A stretch of 38,663 nt of DNA, taken from an uncultured Acidimicrobiaceae bacterium (GTDB lineage: Bacteria; Actinomycetota; Acidimicrobiia; Acidimicrobiales; CADCSY01). The number at the start of each line of letters is the position of its first letter. Position 1 is the stretch's first letter. The notes under the pieces were generated by a model that had not been told where the DNA came from, made no database searches, and saw nothing but the letters and a program-made list of their open reading frames with translations. The stretch is taken from contig CAYGGL010000002.1 in assembly GCA_964349215.1 (NCBI GenBank), forward strand, positions 1-38,663, in the 5' to 3' direction. Position numbers and translations under genes: made by a program. Of this stretch, positions 9,716-18,716 are shown in pieces.

Positions 9716-11095
9716 GTGCCTATTTTTAAGTCAACCGAGCCCGTCGGACCAGTCGAGTCGGTAGGAACTTTGCGCTGGCCTGCGCTTGCGCTTCTCGTCG
9801 CTTTGGCTGCGGCGGTAACGGCACAAGGAGCTTTTTATCCATCCGACCAACGCCTTATAGCAATGCCATTGGCAGTCTCTGTTGTTTTAACCGTACTTAA
9901 GTACCGTTCGTTGGTTATCCCTTGGTCATTATTGGCAACTGGTGGGGCCTTGTCGTTATGGGCACTGTTGCTTGGAGACAAGCTCGGCGACGGAGCGGGC
10001 ATTGTCTATATGATCGCAGCCTTCGTGGCGGTGGTGATGGTAGTGGCTTCAACAGCCAGACAAGAGCGCGTTGCTTTGCTTGGCGCAGTGACTGCCCTCG
10101 GGGTATTTGTTTCACTGAGCGGCATAGTTGGCGTTGCATTCCATATCTATGAGCTGGCAATCCCCGGCCAGGGACTCTGGCGAGCATCAACCACTCTCAC
10201 TTATGCGAATGCGTCGGGCAGCCTATTGGGTCCTATTGCTTTGGTGACTCTAGGTCGCAGTACCTCAGAGACGGGACGATCTCGTGTGTTGTGGATGTCT
10301 GCACTTGTAATTCTCTTTGTGGGCCTTGGGGCGACACTAAGTCGCGGGGGAATCCTCGCCTTTGGATGTAGTTTTCTTATTCTACTTTGGCGTTGTCATT
10401 GGAGAGTCATCTTTTCGATCATGGCTCCCGTGGTGCTAGGTACAGCCGTGGCACTTGTTGGCCTAGGCCCATCTTTCTCAGAAGGAAGTGAAGCTCGACC
10501 TGGTTGGGCGATAGCCGGCTTGGTCGTTGGCTTGCTGGTAGCAGTGGTCGTCGGGAGGTGGTCAAACTCACGAATCTTTGCGGCATTGGGAATTTCTGTG
10601 CTGATAGCGGCATTGTCTCTTGCCAATGGCCTCGGTGGCGAAACCCTGAGTCGTTTGAGCGGTACACGTCTGTCGTTTGAGTCCTCCGATAGAACAGAAA
10701 CCTGGAATGCGGCCCTCGAGACGATCCGCAATAGCCCATGGACGGGAGAAGGCCCTGGCAATGGACGCCTTCGCTACTACCAAGAGAGCGGCAACTATGT
10801 CGAGGCCCGCTTCGTGCACAACGAATATCTTCAGATCGGGGTCGAACTAGGCATCGTGGGAATGTTGTTATTGGCCGCAATCTTCATGACGGTCATCGGT
10901 GGCGTGATGTTCGGTGGTGCGAAAGTCAGTGGAGCTAACAGTTCAGATGTTTGGTATGGAGTTTTAGCCGCGCTTTTGGCACTGGCTATTGGGTCCGGAC
11001 TCGACTTTCTATGGCATATTCCTGCTATCCCGTTAGTTGGTGCGGTATTAATTGGTGCGAGTTGGCAGGAGAAATCCAGGAGGATAAAGAACTGA
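9716..11095 (+). CDS. Polytopic membrane protein with an O-antigen ligase/polymerase (Wzy_C-type) domain
   Basis: 459 aa with 10 or more hydrophobic helices by eye. TLSRGGILAFG and RFVHNEYLQIGVELGIVGMLLL resemble the Wzy_C/WaaL signature region. GTG start. Confidence 0.7.
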   Translation: MPIFKSTEPVGPVESVGTLRWPALALLVALAAAVTAQGAFYPSDQRLIAMPLAVSVVLTVLKYRSLVIPWSLLATGGALSLWALLLGDKLGDGAGIVYMIAAFVAVVMVVASTARQERVALLGAVTALGVFVSLSGIVGVAFHIYELAIPGQGLWRASTTLTYANASGSLLGPIALVTLGRSTSETGRSRVLWMSALVILFVGLGATLSRGGILAFGCSFLILLWRCHWRVIFSIMAPVVLGTAVALVGLGPSFSEGSEARPGWAIAGLVVGLLVAVVVGRWSNSRIFAALGISVLIAALSLANGLGGETLSRLSGTRLSFESSDRTETWNAALETIRNSPWTGEGPGNGRLRYYQESGNYVEARFVHNEYLQIGVELGIVGMLLLAAIFMTVIGGVMFGGAKVSGANSSDVWYGVLAALLALAIGSGLDFLWHIPAIPLVGAVLIGASWQEKSRRIKN

Positions 11096-11186
11096 TACTC
11101 TGAGGGCATTATATGGCGCTGTTTTTCCGCGGCTGGGGTGATCAATTCACTTTGGTTTGAGCGCGATTCTGTCTAAGGAGATTTTT

Positions 11187-11765
11187 ATGACGGGCAATAC
11201 GATCAAGATGAGCGATTCGAGTATGAGGCGTTGGGTCCGTCCAGCTGCCGCAATAGCCGGTGGGGCACTCTTCGCCACTCTCGCAGCAGGGTCTCCTTTG
11301 CTTGCCGGGCATTCGCCTGTGGCTTGCCAATCACCGATTGCCGGGCATTCACCGGTGTCAGACCATTCGCCCGTGGCTTGCCAATCGCCAGTATCAGAGC
11401 AGTCACCGGTTTCTGGGGTATCTCCAGTGAAGCCCAAGATCACGGTTGAGATTGATACTCCAGTTATCAGGTCTGCCAATGGGAAAGTTGTTTATGTTCC
11501 TGTACTCGTTGTTTGTACTGCTGGACCCAATGCCCAGCTAAGTGCTGAGCTGACCCAGAAACTCGCTTTGGTCACCCGCACGGGCAAGGGTACGGCGTCA
11601 GCTCCTTGCGATAACAAGCAACACGTAATTCGTCTTGCAGTTAACGCAACTAGCACGGCCTTTGCTTTAGGCAAGGCATCAGTGAAGGTAACAGGGATCC
11701 AGAACCACCCAAATGGTGTGGCAACTGGCCAAGACACAGAGCAAGTACAGATCCGCTTGCGCTAA
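11187..11765 (+). CDS. Secreted hypothetical protein with an N-terminal SPV-rich tandem repeat linker and a beta-rich C-terminal domain
   Basis: ATG 11187 has AAGGAG 7 nt upstream. Signal-peptide-like RRWVRPAAAIAGGALFATLAAG is followed by repeats GHSPVACQSPIAGHSPVSDHSPVACQSPVSEQSPVSGVSPV. The C-terminal ~100 aa contains two Cys. Confidence 0.7.
   Translation: MTGNTIKMSDSSMRRWVRPAAAIAGGALFATLAAGSPLLAGHSPVACQSPIAGHSPVSDHSPVACQSPVSEQSPVSGVSPVKPKITVEIDTPVIRSANGKVVYVPVLVVCTAGPNAQLSAELTQKLALVTRTGKGTASAPCDNKQHVIRLAVNATSTAFALGKASVKVTGIQNHPNGVATGQDTEQVQIRLR
11304..11429 (+). repeat. In-frame coding tandem repeat, including a 27-nt segment repeated at 54-nt spacing
   Basis: cattcgcctgtggcttgccaatcaccg (11310-11336) versus cattcgcccgtggcttgccaatcgcca (11364-11390), flanked by shorter xSPVxx-coding units. 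Confidence 0.85.
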
Positions 11766-11820
11766 GAGACCTCTGACCTTCTCGTTGGTTTGGGCAAAGC
11801 GCCCGTTCTACGCTGGGTCA

Positions 11821-12090
11821 ATGTGTAGGAACATCACTGAGCTTCGTGGACTTGAGCCTCCGGCAACCAGTCAAGAGATTGAGGCGGCAGCTCGTCAGTA
11901 TCTTCGCAAGATATCTGGCATTGCTCGTCCCAATGAAAAAGTAAGTGAGGCTATGGAGACGGCTGTACATGAAGTCGCCCAAATCACTCAACGGCTTTTG
12001 AGTGATTTGCCGCCTCGTCGTCAGCCTCCCTCAACGCTCCCGCCGTTACGTCGTGATGAGGTTCGTCGTCGCCTGGGGATAGACCAATGA
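11821..12090 (+). CDS. Small conserved protein, DUF2277-like
   Basis: 89 aa starting MCRNITELRGLEPPATSQEIEAAARQYLRKISG, which matches my recollection of the DUF2277 N-terminus. The ORF-track start 11713 overlaps the upstream gene and is rejected. Confidence 0.6.
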   Translation: MCRNITELRGLEPPATSQEIEAAARQYLRKISGIARPNEKVSEAMETAVHEVAQITQRLLSDLPPRRQPPSTLPPLRRDEVRRRLGIDQ

Positions 12091-12122
12091 GGGCTTGGCA
12101 GGGGTAATTCCCCTACGCTCGC

Positions 12123-13193
12123 GTGGTGCACATTGGCCTGATCTGTCCATATAGCCTTACGTTCCCCGGTGGGGTGCAAGGCCAGGTTCTTGGGCTGGCC
12201 CGTGCGCTGCGATTACTTGGAAACGATGTTACGGTACTTGGACCAACAGATGGGCCTCCACCAGATGTGGGAGTTGTGTCGCTTGGTAAGTCGGTTCCGT
12301 TTGCCACCAATGGTTCCATTGCTCCAATAGCGCCAGATCTGCCATGCGCGATTAGGACCATTAAGACACTGCGCAATGAATCATTTGATGTGGTTCATCT
12401 TCACGAACCCTTTGTTCCGGGGCCATGTCTTACGTCGATTTTGATGAAACCAAGTCCTCTCGTTGGCACCTTTCACGCTGCGGGAGCAAAGACTGCATAC
12501 AGCTGGGCAGCTCCAGGACTTCGCAGGCTCGCAAGTCGTCTTGATCTGCGTTGTGCGGTTTCTGATGACGCTCGTGATTTGGCAGAGCAATATCTGGACG
12601 GGACCTATGAGACGGTTTTCAATGGCATCGAGATTGAGCGATTTTCTACTGCAAAACCATGGCCAACTGAAGGACCAACAATTTTGTTTGTGGCCCGTCA
12701 TGAAGAGCGAAAAGGTTTAGCAGTTCTATTAGAGGCAATGGCATCTCTTGGCCCTGATGTTCGCCTCTGGGTGGCAGGCGAGGGGCCAGAGACGCTTCGC
12801 CTGCACACTCAGTATCAAAGTGATGAGCGCATCGAGTGGCTGGGCCGCATAGGCGACAGAGAGCTGACCCAACGCCTGGCAGGAGCAAATGCTTTTTGTG
12901 CCCCATCGCTTCATGGTGAGTCATTTGGGGTCGTTTTACTTGAGGCAATGGCCGCGGGAACTGCGATTGTGGCGAGCGATCTTTCTGGCTACAGACGAGT
13001 TGCTCGAAGCGGCCAAGAGGCTCAACTGGTGGCCCCTGGAGATGCACAAGCGTTGGCATCAGCACTTCGTGAGGTGCTCGAACACCCCGAGCTTGGCGCT
13101 TCGTTGGTGGCGAACGGCAGACAACGAGTCGAAGAATTTTCCATGAACAAGCTGGCTGCTCGTTATCTCGATTTGTATGAATCGATCCTATGA
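12123..13193 (+). CDS. pimA: GT4 glycosyltransferase; phosphatidylinositol alpha-mannosyltransferase PimA-like
   Basis: GT-B/GT4 signature ESFGVVLLEAMAAGTAIVASD (EX7E), N-terminal ICPYS...GGVQ, and membership of the PI/PIM gene block. GTG start. Confidence 0.85.
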   Translation: MVHIGLICPYSLTFPGGVQGQVLGLARALRLLGNDVTVLGPTDGPPPDVGVVSLGKSVPFATNGSIAPIAPDLPCAIRTIKTLRNESFDVVHLHEPFVPGPCLTSILMKPSPLVGTFHAAGAKTAYSWAAPGLRRLASRLDLRCAVSDDARDLAEQYLDGTYETVFNGIEIERFSTAKPWPTEGPTILFVARHEERKGLAVLLEAMASLGPDVRLWVAGEGPETLRLHTQYQSDERIEWLGRIGDRELTQRLAGANAFCAPSLHGESFGVVLLEAMAAGTAIVASDLSGYRRVARSGQEAQLVAPGDAQALASALREVLEHPELGASLVANGRQRVEEFSMNKLAARYLDLYESIL

Positions 13194-13231
13194 CGCTGAC
13201 GGTCGGTCCTTTGGGGGAGTAGGCTCATCAC

Positions 13232-13780
13232 ATGACTGTTCCTATTATCCTTGGCGTCATTGCTGTGGTGGCCGTGCTGTTGGTCTTCATGTACAACGGC
13301 ATGGTCAAGGCTCGCAACAATGTTGATAATGGTTGGTCACAAATCGATGTTCAGCTGCACCGTCGTTATGACCTGATTCCTAATCTTGTCGAGACCGTTA
13401 AGGGCTATGCGGCTCACGAAAGCCAAACGTTTGAGGCAGTCACCCAGGCTCGAAATGCTGCCATGAACGCCAAAACCACTGTGGAACAAGCCCAAGCAGA
13501 CAACATGATGACATCTGCACTCAAGTCATTGTTTGCAGTTTCTGAGGCTTATCCCGAATTGAAGGCCAACGAGAATTTTCTTCAACTTCAAGAAGAATTG
13601 ACCGCAACTGAAGGTCGTATTGCTTATGCTCGCCAGTTCTTTAACGATGCCGTGTTGCGGTATAACACCAAGATTCAATCTTTCCCTGCCATGTTGGTGG
13701 CTTCCCCCTTTGGCTTCAAGGCCAGAGACTTTTTTGAAGCCGATGATGTGACAAGAGGACCAACAAAAGTTCAGTTCTAG
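13232..13780 (+). CDS. lemA: LemA family membrane protein
   Basis: N-terminal TM helix, then YNGMVKARNNVDNGWSQIDVQLHRRYDLIPNLVETVKGYAAHE, the canonical LemA signature. GGGGGAG RBS. Confidence 0.92.
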   Translation: MTVPIILGVIAVVAVLLVFMYNGMVKARNNVDNGWSQIDVQLHRRYDLIPNLVETVKGYAAHESQTFEAVTQARNAAMNAKTTVEQAQADNMMTSALKSLFAVSEAYPELKANENFLQLQEELTATEGRIAYARQFFNDAVLRYNTKIQSFPAMLVASPFGFKARDFFEADDVTRGPTKVQF

Positions 13781-13846
13781 GGTAGTTCGAAACGAGTCGA
13801 CTCGGCCCGACTGGCCCTGACGTTACCTTCCTGAAAGAGTTACACG

Positions 13847-14761
13847 CTGTACGAACAGATTTCTTCGAACAAGCGCCATTCAGCGCTATTAATTGCCGGT
13901 TTCCTCTTGGTTCTTTTGGCCATGGGCTGGGCGGTTGACCAGCTTTTGGGTTTTGGAGCCCCTGGGCTTGTTATTGCAGTTGGTTTTGCCGCGATAACAA
14001 CTTTTGGGGCTTATTGGAAAAGTGATGCAATCGCATTGGCCATGAGTCGTGCAAAACCGGCTGACCCGATTGAACACGCTCGCTTGCATAATCTGGTCGA
14101 GGGTCTATGTATTGCCAGCGGATTGCCCAAACCTCGCGTTTATGTGGTCGAAGACGCTGCACCAAATGCTTTTGCAACCGGCAGAAATCCCAAACATGCA
14201 GCCATTGCGGTTACCACTGGGTTGTTGGAAAAGATGAATCGCGTAGAGCTTGAAGGCGTATTGGCCCACGAGCTCAGCCATATCAAGAATTACGACATAT
14301 TGATCACGACCTTGGCCGTCACCATGGTTGGGGCGATAGTGCTTCTGGCTGATTTATCGATGCGAATGATGTGGTTTGGGGGAGTTCGCTCCAGCGGCAA
14401 CGATAGAGATGGAGATAGAGGGGGAGGTTTTGGCCCATTGATGGTTGTCGGCCTCGTTCTTCTAATTACCGCTCCATTGGCAGCAAAGTTGATGCAGTTT
14501 GCTATGAGTCGTAGACGCGAAATGTTGGCCGATGTTTCAGGCGTCGGGATGACTCGTTATCCACCAGGACTGATCAGTGCACTTGAAAAACTCCGTGATG
14601 ATTCAACGGTTGTGACCTCCGCGTCGCGAGCCACAGCACATTTGTGGATAGAGTCTCCGCTTGCACGCATTGAGTCCGAAGGTACTCATACCCGGCTTAA
14701 TAGAATGTTTGACACCCATCCACCACTTGAGGAGCGTATCGAGGCGCTCCGGGAGCTCTGA
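13847..14761 (+). CDS. htpX: Zinc metalloprotease HtpX (M48 family); start codon uncertain
   Basis: HELSH zinc motif, NAFATGRNP and THPPLEERI. The conserved HtpX N-terminus LYEQISSNKRHSALLIAGF is in frame and open upstream of the first canonical start (TTG 13907). Only CTG 13847 (GAAAGAG 7 nt upstream) or ACG 13844 could initiate it. Confidence 0.85.
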   Translation: MYEQISSNKRHSALLIAGFLLVLLAMGWAVDQLLGFGAPGLVIAVGFAAITTFGAYWKSDAIALAMSRAKPADPIEHARLHNLVEGLCIASGLPKPRVYVVEDAAPNAFATGRNPKHAAIAVTTGLLEKMNRVELEGVLAHELSHIKNYDILITTLAVTMVGAIVLLADLSMRMMWFGGVRSSGNDRDGDRGGGFGPLMVVGLVLLITAPLAAKLMQFAMSRRREMLADVSGVGMTRYPPGLISALEKLRDDSTVVTSASRATAHLWIESPLARIESEGTHTRLNRMFDTHPPLEERIEALREL

Positions 14762-14766
14762 ACTAA

Positions 14767-15867
14767 ATGAAATCTTGCATGTCCCGTTTCACCATTAAGC
14801 CGCTGCTCGTCATAGGCGCTATCGCAATGGTTTTAACCGCCTGCGGTGGTGGCAACGATAAGCCTCCCCCGTCGACGGTTAAGAAGACAACCACTACAAC
14901 AGCTCCACCAGTAGCGCCATTAACCGGAATCATCCGTGATGATGACAGCCTTAATAATCATCCGGCTTTAGTGGTCAAGATCGACAACACGCCTAAGGCT
15001 TTGGGCAAACAAGCGGGCATCAATGCTGCCGACATTGTCTATGTCGAACAGGTCGAGGGCGGCGCCACTCGCATGGCCGCAGTATTTCATTCCACCGATG
15101 CCGATGCCGTCGGCCCAGTTCGATCAGCTCGTACCTCTGATTACGACATCATAAAGAATCTCAATCGACCTCTCTTTGCCTATTCAGGAGCCAACTCAGG
15201 CGTTGATGCCGGTATCAATGCCAGTCCATTGGTCAATGTCGGCGTTACGAAGAAACAAAACGCCTATTCCAAGAGAGGAAGCGGCGTCTTGCGTTTCTTT
15301 GCTTCGACCAAAGATCTTTATGAAGGCGAAACAGGAACTGCACCGGGGCCACTGTTTACATTCCGCCCAGAAGGCACACCAGTTAGCTCAACAACTGCAG
15401 AGGCAAGTGCCGGTGTCAATATCTCCTATGGCGGATCTTCAAACACTTCAGTTAATTGGACACCTGATGGTGATCGTTGGCTCAGAACTCAAAGTGGCAA
15501 AGCTCATGTTGATGACGGCGGTAATAGAGTCAATCCCAACAATGTGATCGTCCAGTTTGTTGAGTACCGCTCATCTGGATATGTCGACGTAAGCGGTAGC
15601 CCATCTCCCGAAGCAGTGCTTGTGGGAACTGGCGAGGTTTGGGTTTTCTCCGATGGCAAATTGGTTCGTGGCACTTGGACCCGTCCAAACCCTGAGTCGA
15701 TTACCACATTGACCGATGCGGCCGGAAAGCCTATTACTTTGGCTCCCGGGCGCACGTGGATAGAGCTTGCGCCTATTGGATCAGCGGCTGCGATATCAGC
15801 CCCGACGACAACATCTTCGACTCCGGCTACTCCAAGTACCCGAGTAACAACAACGAAGAAACCTTGA
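14767..15867 (+). CDS. DUF3048-family lipoprotein (YerB-like)
   Basis: Lipobox VLTACGG. ALVVKIDNTPKA...GINAADIVYVEQVEGGATRMAAVFHS resembles the DUF3048 signature. Thr/Ser/Pro-rich linkers at both ends. Confidence 0.75.
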   Translation: MKSCMSRFTIKPLLVIGAIAMVLTACGGGNDKPPPSTVKKTTTTTAPPVAPLTGIIRDDDSLNNHPALVVKIDNTPKALGKQAGINAADIVYVEQVEGGATRMAAVFHSTDADAVGPVRSARTSDYDIIKNLNRPLFAYSGANSGVDAGINASPLVNVGVTKKQNAYSKRGSGVLRFFASTKDLYEGETGTAPGPLFTFRPEGTPVSSTTAEASAGVNISYGGSSNTSVNWTPDGDRWLRTQSGKAHVDDGGNRVNPNNVIVQFVEYRSSGYVDVSGSPSPEAVLVGTGEVWVFSDGKLVRGTWTRPNPESITTLTDAAGKPITLAPGRTWIELAPIGSAAAISAPTTTSSTPATPSTRVTTTKKP

Positions 15868-15882
15868 CAGCGAGCCTCTAGA

Positions 15883-16794
15883 ATGTCTGACATGTCGGAC
15901 TCTTCTACTGCCTCCAGCTCATTAACCGGTACCTTCAAGGTAAAACGTGGGCTGGCAGAAATGCTCAGCGGCGGAGTCATCATGGACGTCGTAGATGCCG
16001 AACAGGCAAGGATCGCCGAAGACAGCGGTGCCGTAGCGGTTATGGCACTAGAGCGTGTCCCATCTGATATTCGCCGCGATGGTGGCGTTGCACGCATGAG
16101 CGATCCTGCGATGATCGAAGAAATCAAAGCAGTGGTCACTATTCCCTTGATGGCAAAGGCTCGGATAGGTCACTTTGCCGAGGCACAGGTGCTTGAGGCA
16201 CTCGGAGTCGACTTTATTGATGAGTCCGAGGTGTTGACCCCTGCCGATGAGGCTCATCACATTGACAAGTGGGCCTTCACCGCTCCATTCGTCTGTGGGG
16301 CGACCAATTTAGGTGAGGCCTTGCGACGCATAAGCGAGGGCGCCGCTCTCATACGCTCCAAGGGCGAGGCGGGCACCGGCAATATCGTTGAGGCAGTCAG
16401 GCACCTGCGTTCAATCATTGGAGATATCCGAAAGATTACGACTGGCGATGGCCCAGAACTGTTCGAATGGGCCAAGCGTCTCCAAGCTCCTTTGCCACTG
16501 GTCCAAGAAATTGCAGAAACCGGCAAGCTTCCCGTCCCGCTGTTTTGTGCAGGGGGAATAGCCACTCCCGCTGATGCATCTCTTGTCATGCAACTTGGGG
16601 CACAGTCGGTGTTTGTTGGTTCAGGTATTTTCAAGAGCGACGACCCAACGCGCCGTGCGCGGGCAATTGTTGAGGCCACCACGCACTACCGTGACGCAGC
16701 ACTCGTGGCAAAGGTAAGCACAGGACTTGGCGCTGCTATGGCCGGACTTGAAATTGGAGAACTTGAAACCAAGCTTGCTGACCGGGGCTGGTAA
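15883..16794 (+). CDS. pdxS: Pyridoxal 5'-phosphate synthase lyase subunit PdxS
   Basis: [41 protein letters not shown] and GSGIFKS are highly conserved PdxS/SNZ motifs. Confidence 0.97.
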   Translation: MSDMSDSSTASSSLTGTFKVKRGLAEMLSGGVIMDVVDAEQARIAEDSGAVAVMALERVPSDIRRDGGVARMSDPAMIEEIKAVVTIPLMAKARIGHFAEAQVLEALGVDFIDESEVLTPADEAHHIDKWAFTAPFVCGATNLGEALRRISEGAALIRSKGEAGTGNIVEAVRHLRSIIGDIRKITTGDGPELFEWAKRLQAPLPLVQEIAETGKLPVPLFCAGGIATPADASLVMQLGAQSVFVGSGIFKSDDPTRRARAIVEATTHYRDAALVAKVSTGLGAAMAGLEIGELETKLADRGW

Positions 16795-16803
16795 ATAATC
16801 CAG

Positions 16804-17382
16804 ATGGCCGGCGCCAAAGTTGGTGTGATCGCACTTCAAGGGGCAACTAAACCCCACCTTGGGGCCCTCCTAGAACTTGGTGCTCATCCCGTTGAAGTTC
16901 GAACGCCGCAAGATCTTGCAGGCGTCGATGCAGTGGTAATTCCCGGTGGAGAATCGACCACAATGTCTTTCTTGCTCGACAGTTCTGGCTTGCGCGAACC
17001 GTTACAAGATCGCCTGCAAAATGGAATGGCTGCATTTGGAACCTGTGCGGGCATGATCTTGTTGGCAAACGAAGTGCTAGATGGTCGCGACGACCAACGC
17101 AGTCTCAACGCGATCGATATCACCGTGCGGCGAAATGGCTTTGGTCGCCAGCGCGACTCGTTTGAGGCCGATCTGGTGGTTGAGGATATTTCCGGAGGTC
17201 CATTTCACGCAGTGTTTATCCGAGCCCCAGTTGTCGAAAGAGTTGGACAAAATGTTGAAGTGTTGGCAAGGGTGGAGGGCTCTCCCGTAGCCTGCCAGTC
17301 GGGTCCGATCACGGTTTGTTCGTTCCATCCGGAGCTCAGCGATGATTTGCGGCTTCATGAAAAGTTCTTGGAGGATTTATAA
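16804..17382 (+). CDS. pdxT: Pyridoxal 5'-phosphate synthase glutaminase subunit PdxT
   Basis: VGVIALQG, IPGGESTT, GTCAGMILLA (catalytic Cys) and FHPEL. Immediately downstream of pdxS. Confidence 0.95.
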   Translation: MAGAKVGVIALQGATKPHLGALLELGAHPVEVRTPQDLAGVDAVVIPGGESTTMSFLLDSSGLREPLQDRLQNGMAAFGTCAGMILLANEVLDGRDDQRSLNAIDITVRRNGFGRQRDSFEADLVVEDISGGPFHAVFIRAPVVERVGQNVEVLARVEGSPVACQSGPITVCSFHPELSDDLRLHEKFLEDL

Positions 17383-18132
17383 ATGTCAGGTCATTCCAAA
17401 TGGGCGACGATCAAGCATCAAAAGGGCGCAAAAGATAAGGCTCGCGGCAAGCTGTTTGCCAAACTGATTCGCCAAGTCGAGGTGGCAGCTCGCGAAGGCG
17501 GGGGAGATATGGAGTCGAATGCCAGCCTACGCACCATGTTTCACAAGGCTCGTGATTCATCTGTTCCCATAGACACCATCGAACGCGCCATCAAACGTGG
17601 CACCGGTGAGCTTGAGGGAGTGCGATATGAACCCGCAGCTTACGAGGGATATGCCCCATGTGGGGTAGCGGTCTATATCGAGGTCCTAACCGACAACAAG
17701 AACCGCACAGGCCCTGACATACGTTCTATCTTTTCGAAACTCGGCGGTTCTCTTGCCGAGCCGGGAGCGGTTGCTTGGCAGTTTGAACGCCGTGGCATCA
17801 TCACGGTTCCAAAGACTGTCAGCGAAGACGATCTGATGACCGTCGTGCTTGAGGCAGGGGGAGAAGACCTCGCTGATGACGGCGATGTGTGGCGCGTAAC
17901 TTGTGATCCTCATTCCTTTACCGCTCTGCGAACCGGCATTGAAGCAGCGGGCATCGCAATCGAATCAGCTGATACAACCATGATGCCGACAACCTCTGTG
18001 GTGTTGGACAATCCAGAAGACGCCAAGAAGGTACTGCGCTTGATCGATGCGCTTGACGACCACGATGACGTTCAGGGAGTTTTTGCAAACTTTGATATCT
18101 CTGAGGAGATTTTGCAGACAGTAGAAATCTAG
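17383..18132 (+). CDS. yebC: YebC/PmpR family DNA-binding transcriptional regulator
   Basis: MSGHSKWATIKHQKGAKDKARGKLFAKLIR is the canonical YebC N-terminus. Sits upstream of ruvCAB as in many bacteria. Confidence 0.96.
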   Translation: MSGHSKWATIKHQKGAKDKARGKLFAKLIRQVEVAAREGGGDMESNASLRTMFHKARDSSVPIDTIERAIKRGTGELEGVRYEPAAYEGYAPCGVAVYIEVLTDNKNRTGPDIRSIFSKLGGSLAEPGAVAWQFERRGIITVPKTVSEDDLMTVVLEAGGEDLADDGDVWRVTCDPHSFTALRTGIEAAGIAIESADTTMMPTTSVVLDNPEDAKKVLRLIDALDDHDDVQGVFANFDISEEILQTVEI

Positions 18133-18197
18133 TCGTAGAGATCCAAGAGATTCAAAGGTCCGCGCATGGGTCCTCACTTTGGCCTACTATCGAACCT

Positions 18198-18716
18198 ATG
18201 TTCGTTTTGGGTATTGACCCCGGTCTGACCAGGTGTGGTTATGGGGCGGTGTTGCGAAGTACTGAGGGCCTTAAGGCAGTGGCGGCGGGAGTATTGCGAA
18301 CAAAGGCTGATGTGGCATTGCCACAACGACTGGCAGAGCTGCAAGAGGGCCTGCATTCGCTAATGAGTGAGCTAAAACCTGATGTGGTGGCAGTCGAAAG
18401 AGTTTTCTTTCAGACAAATGTGCGCACTGCTATGTCGGTTGGACAAGCCAGTGGACTCGCAATGGCCGAAGCGTTCAACGCCGGTTGTGAAGTGGTGCAA
18501 TATACGCCGAATGAGGTGAAGAAGGCGGTGACCGGTGCCGGAGGCGCTGATAAATCCCAGGTGCAGCGCATGGTGATAGCTCAATTGGGGCTAGCTGAGT
18601 TCGAAGCCCCACCAGACGCTTACGACGCTTTGGCGCTTGCCATATGTCATCAAGCAGTAGCGCCTCTTCATGCTCGGATTAGGGACGCTGCTGAAACGAT
18701 TGGAGCAAAATCGTGA
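18198..18716 (+). CDS. ruvC: Crossover junction endodeoxyribonuclease RuvC
   Basis: VLGIDPGLTRCGYG, VAVERVFF and the DAYDALALAICH catalytic acidic residues. Confidence 0.95.
   Translation: MFVLGIDPGLTRCGYGAVLRSTEGLKAVAAGVLRTKADVALPQRLAELQEGLHSLMSELKPDVVAVERVFFQTNVRTAMSVGQASGLAMAEAFNAGCEVVQYTPNEVKKAVTGAGGADKSQVQRMVIAQLGLAEFEAPPDAYDALALAICHQAVAPLHARIRDAAETIGAKS

Noticed and set aside
11304-11429. The tandem repeats here, and at 19327-19368 and 25483-25516, as possible CRISPR arrays
   Set aside because: Units are 14-27 nt with no unique spacers between them. They are coding or immediately adjacent to genes, and there are no cas genes in the window.
11147-11479. A 110-aa antisense ORF with its own repeats (TGDWQATGE...)
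   Set aside because: It is the mirror image of the sense-strand SPV repeat. The sense ORF has an RBS, a signal peptide and a folded C-terminal domain, and the antisense ORF has none of these.
13793-13804. The perfect 12-bp palindrome cgagtcgactcg after lemA as a terminator
   Set aside because: It has no loop and no T-tract. It is more likely a chance palindrome containing a SalI-type site.
15504-16139. A 211-aa minus-strand ORF spanning the DUF3048/pdxS junction. Similar long antisense ORFs occur at 1163-1681, 8610-9203, 10419-10880, 12646-13065, 16257-16682, 19295-19732, 21741-22145, 28772-29233, 29673-30065, 30887-31363 and 34120-34581.
   Set aside because: All lie opposite confidently identified genes with strong family motifs. 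Their compositions (Ser/Arg/Pro/Thr-rich) are typical of antisense frames in GC-biased coding DNA, and they carry no recognisable motifs.
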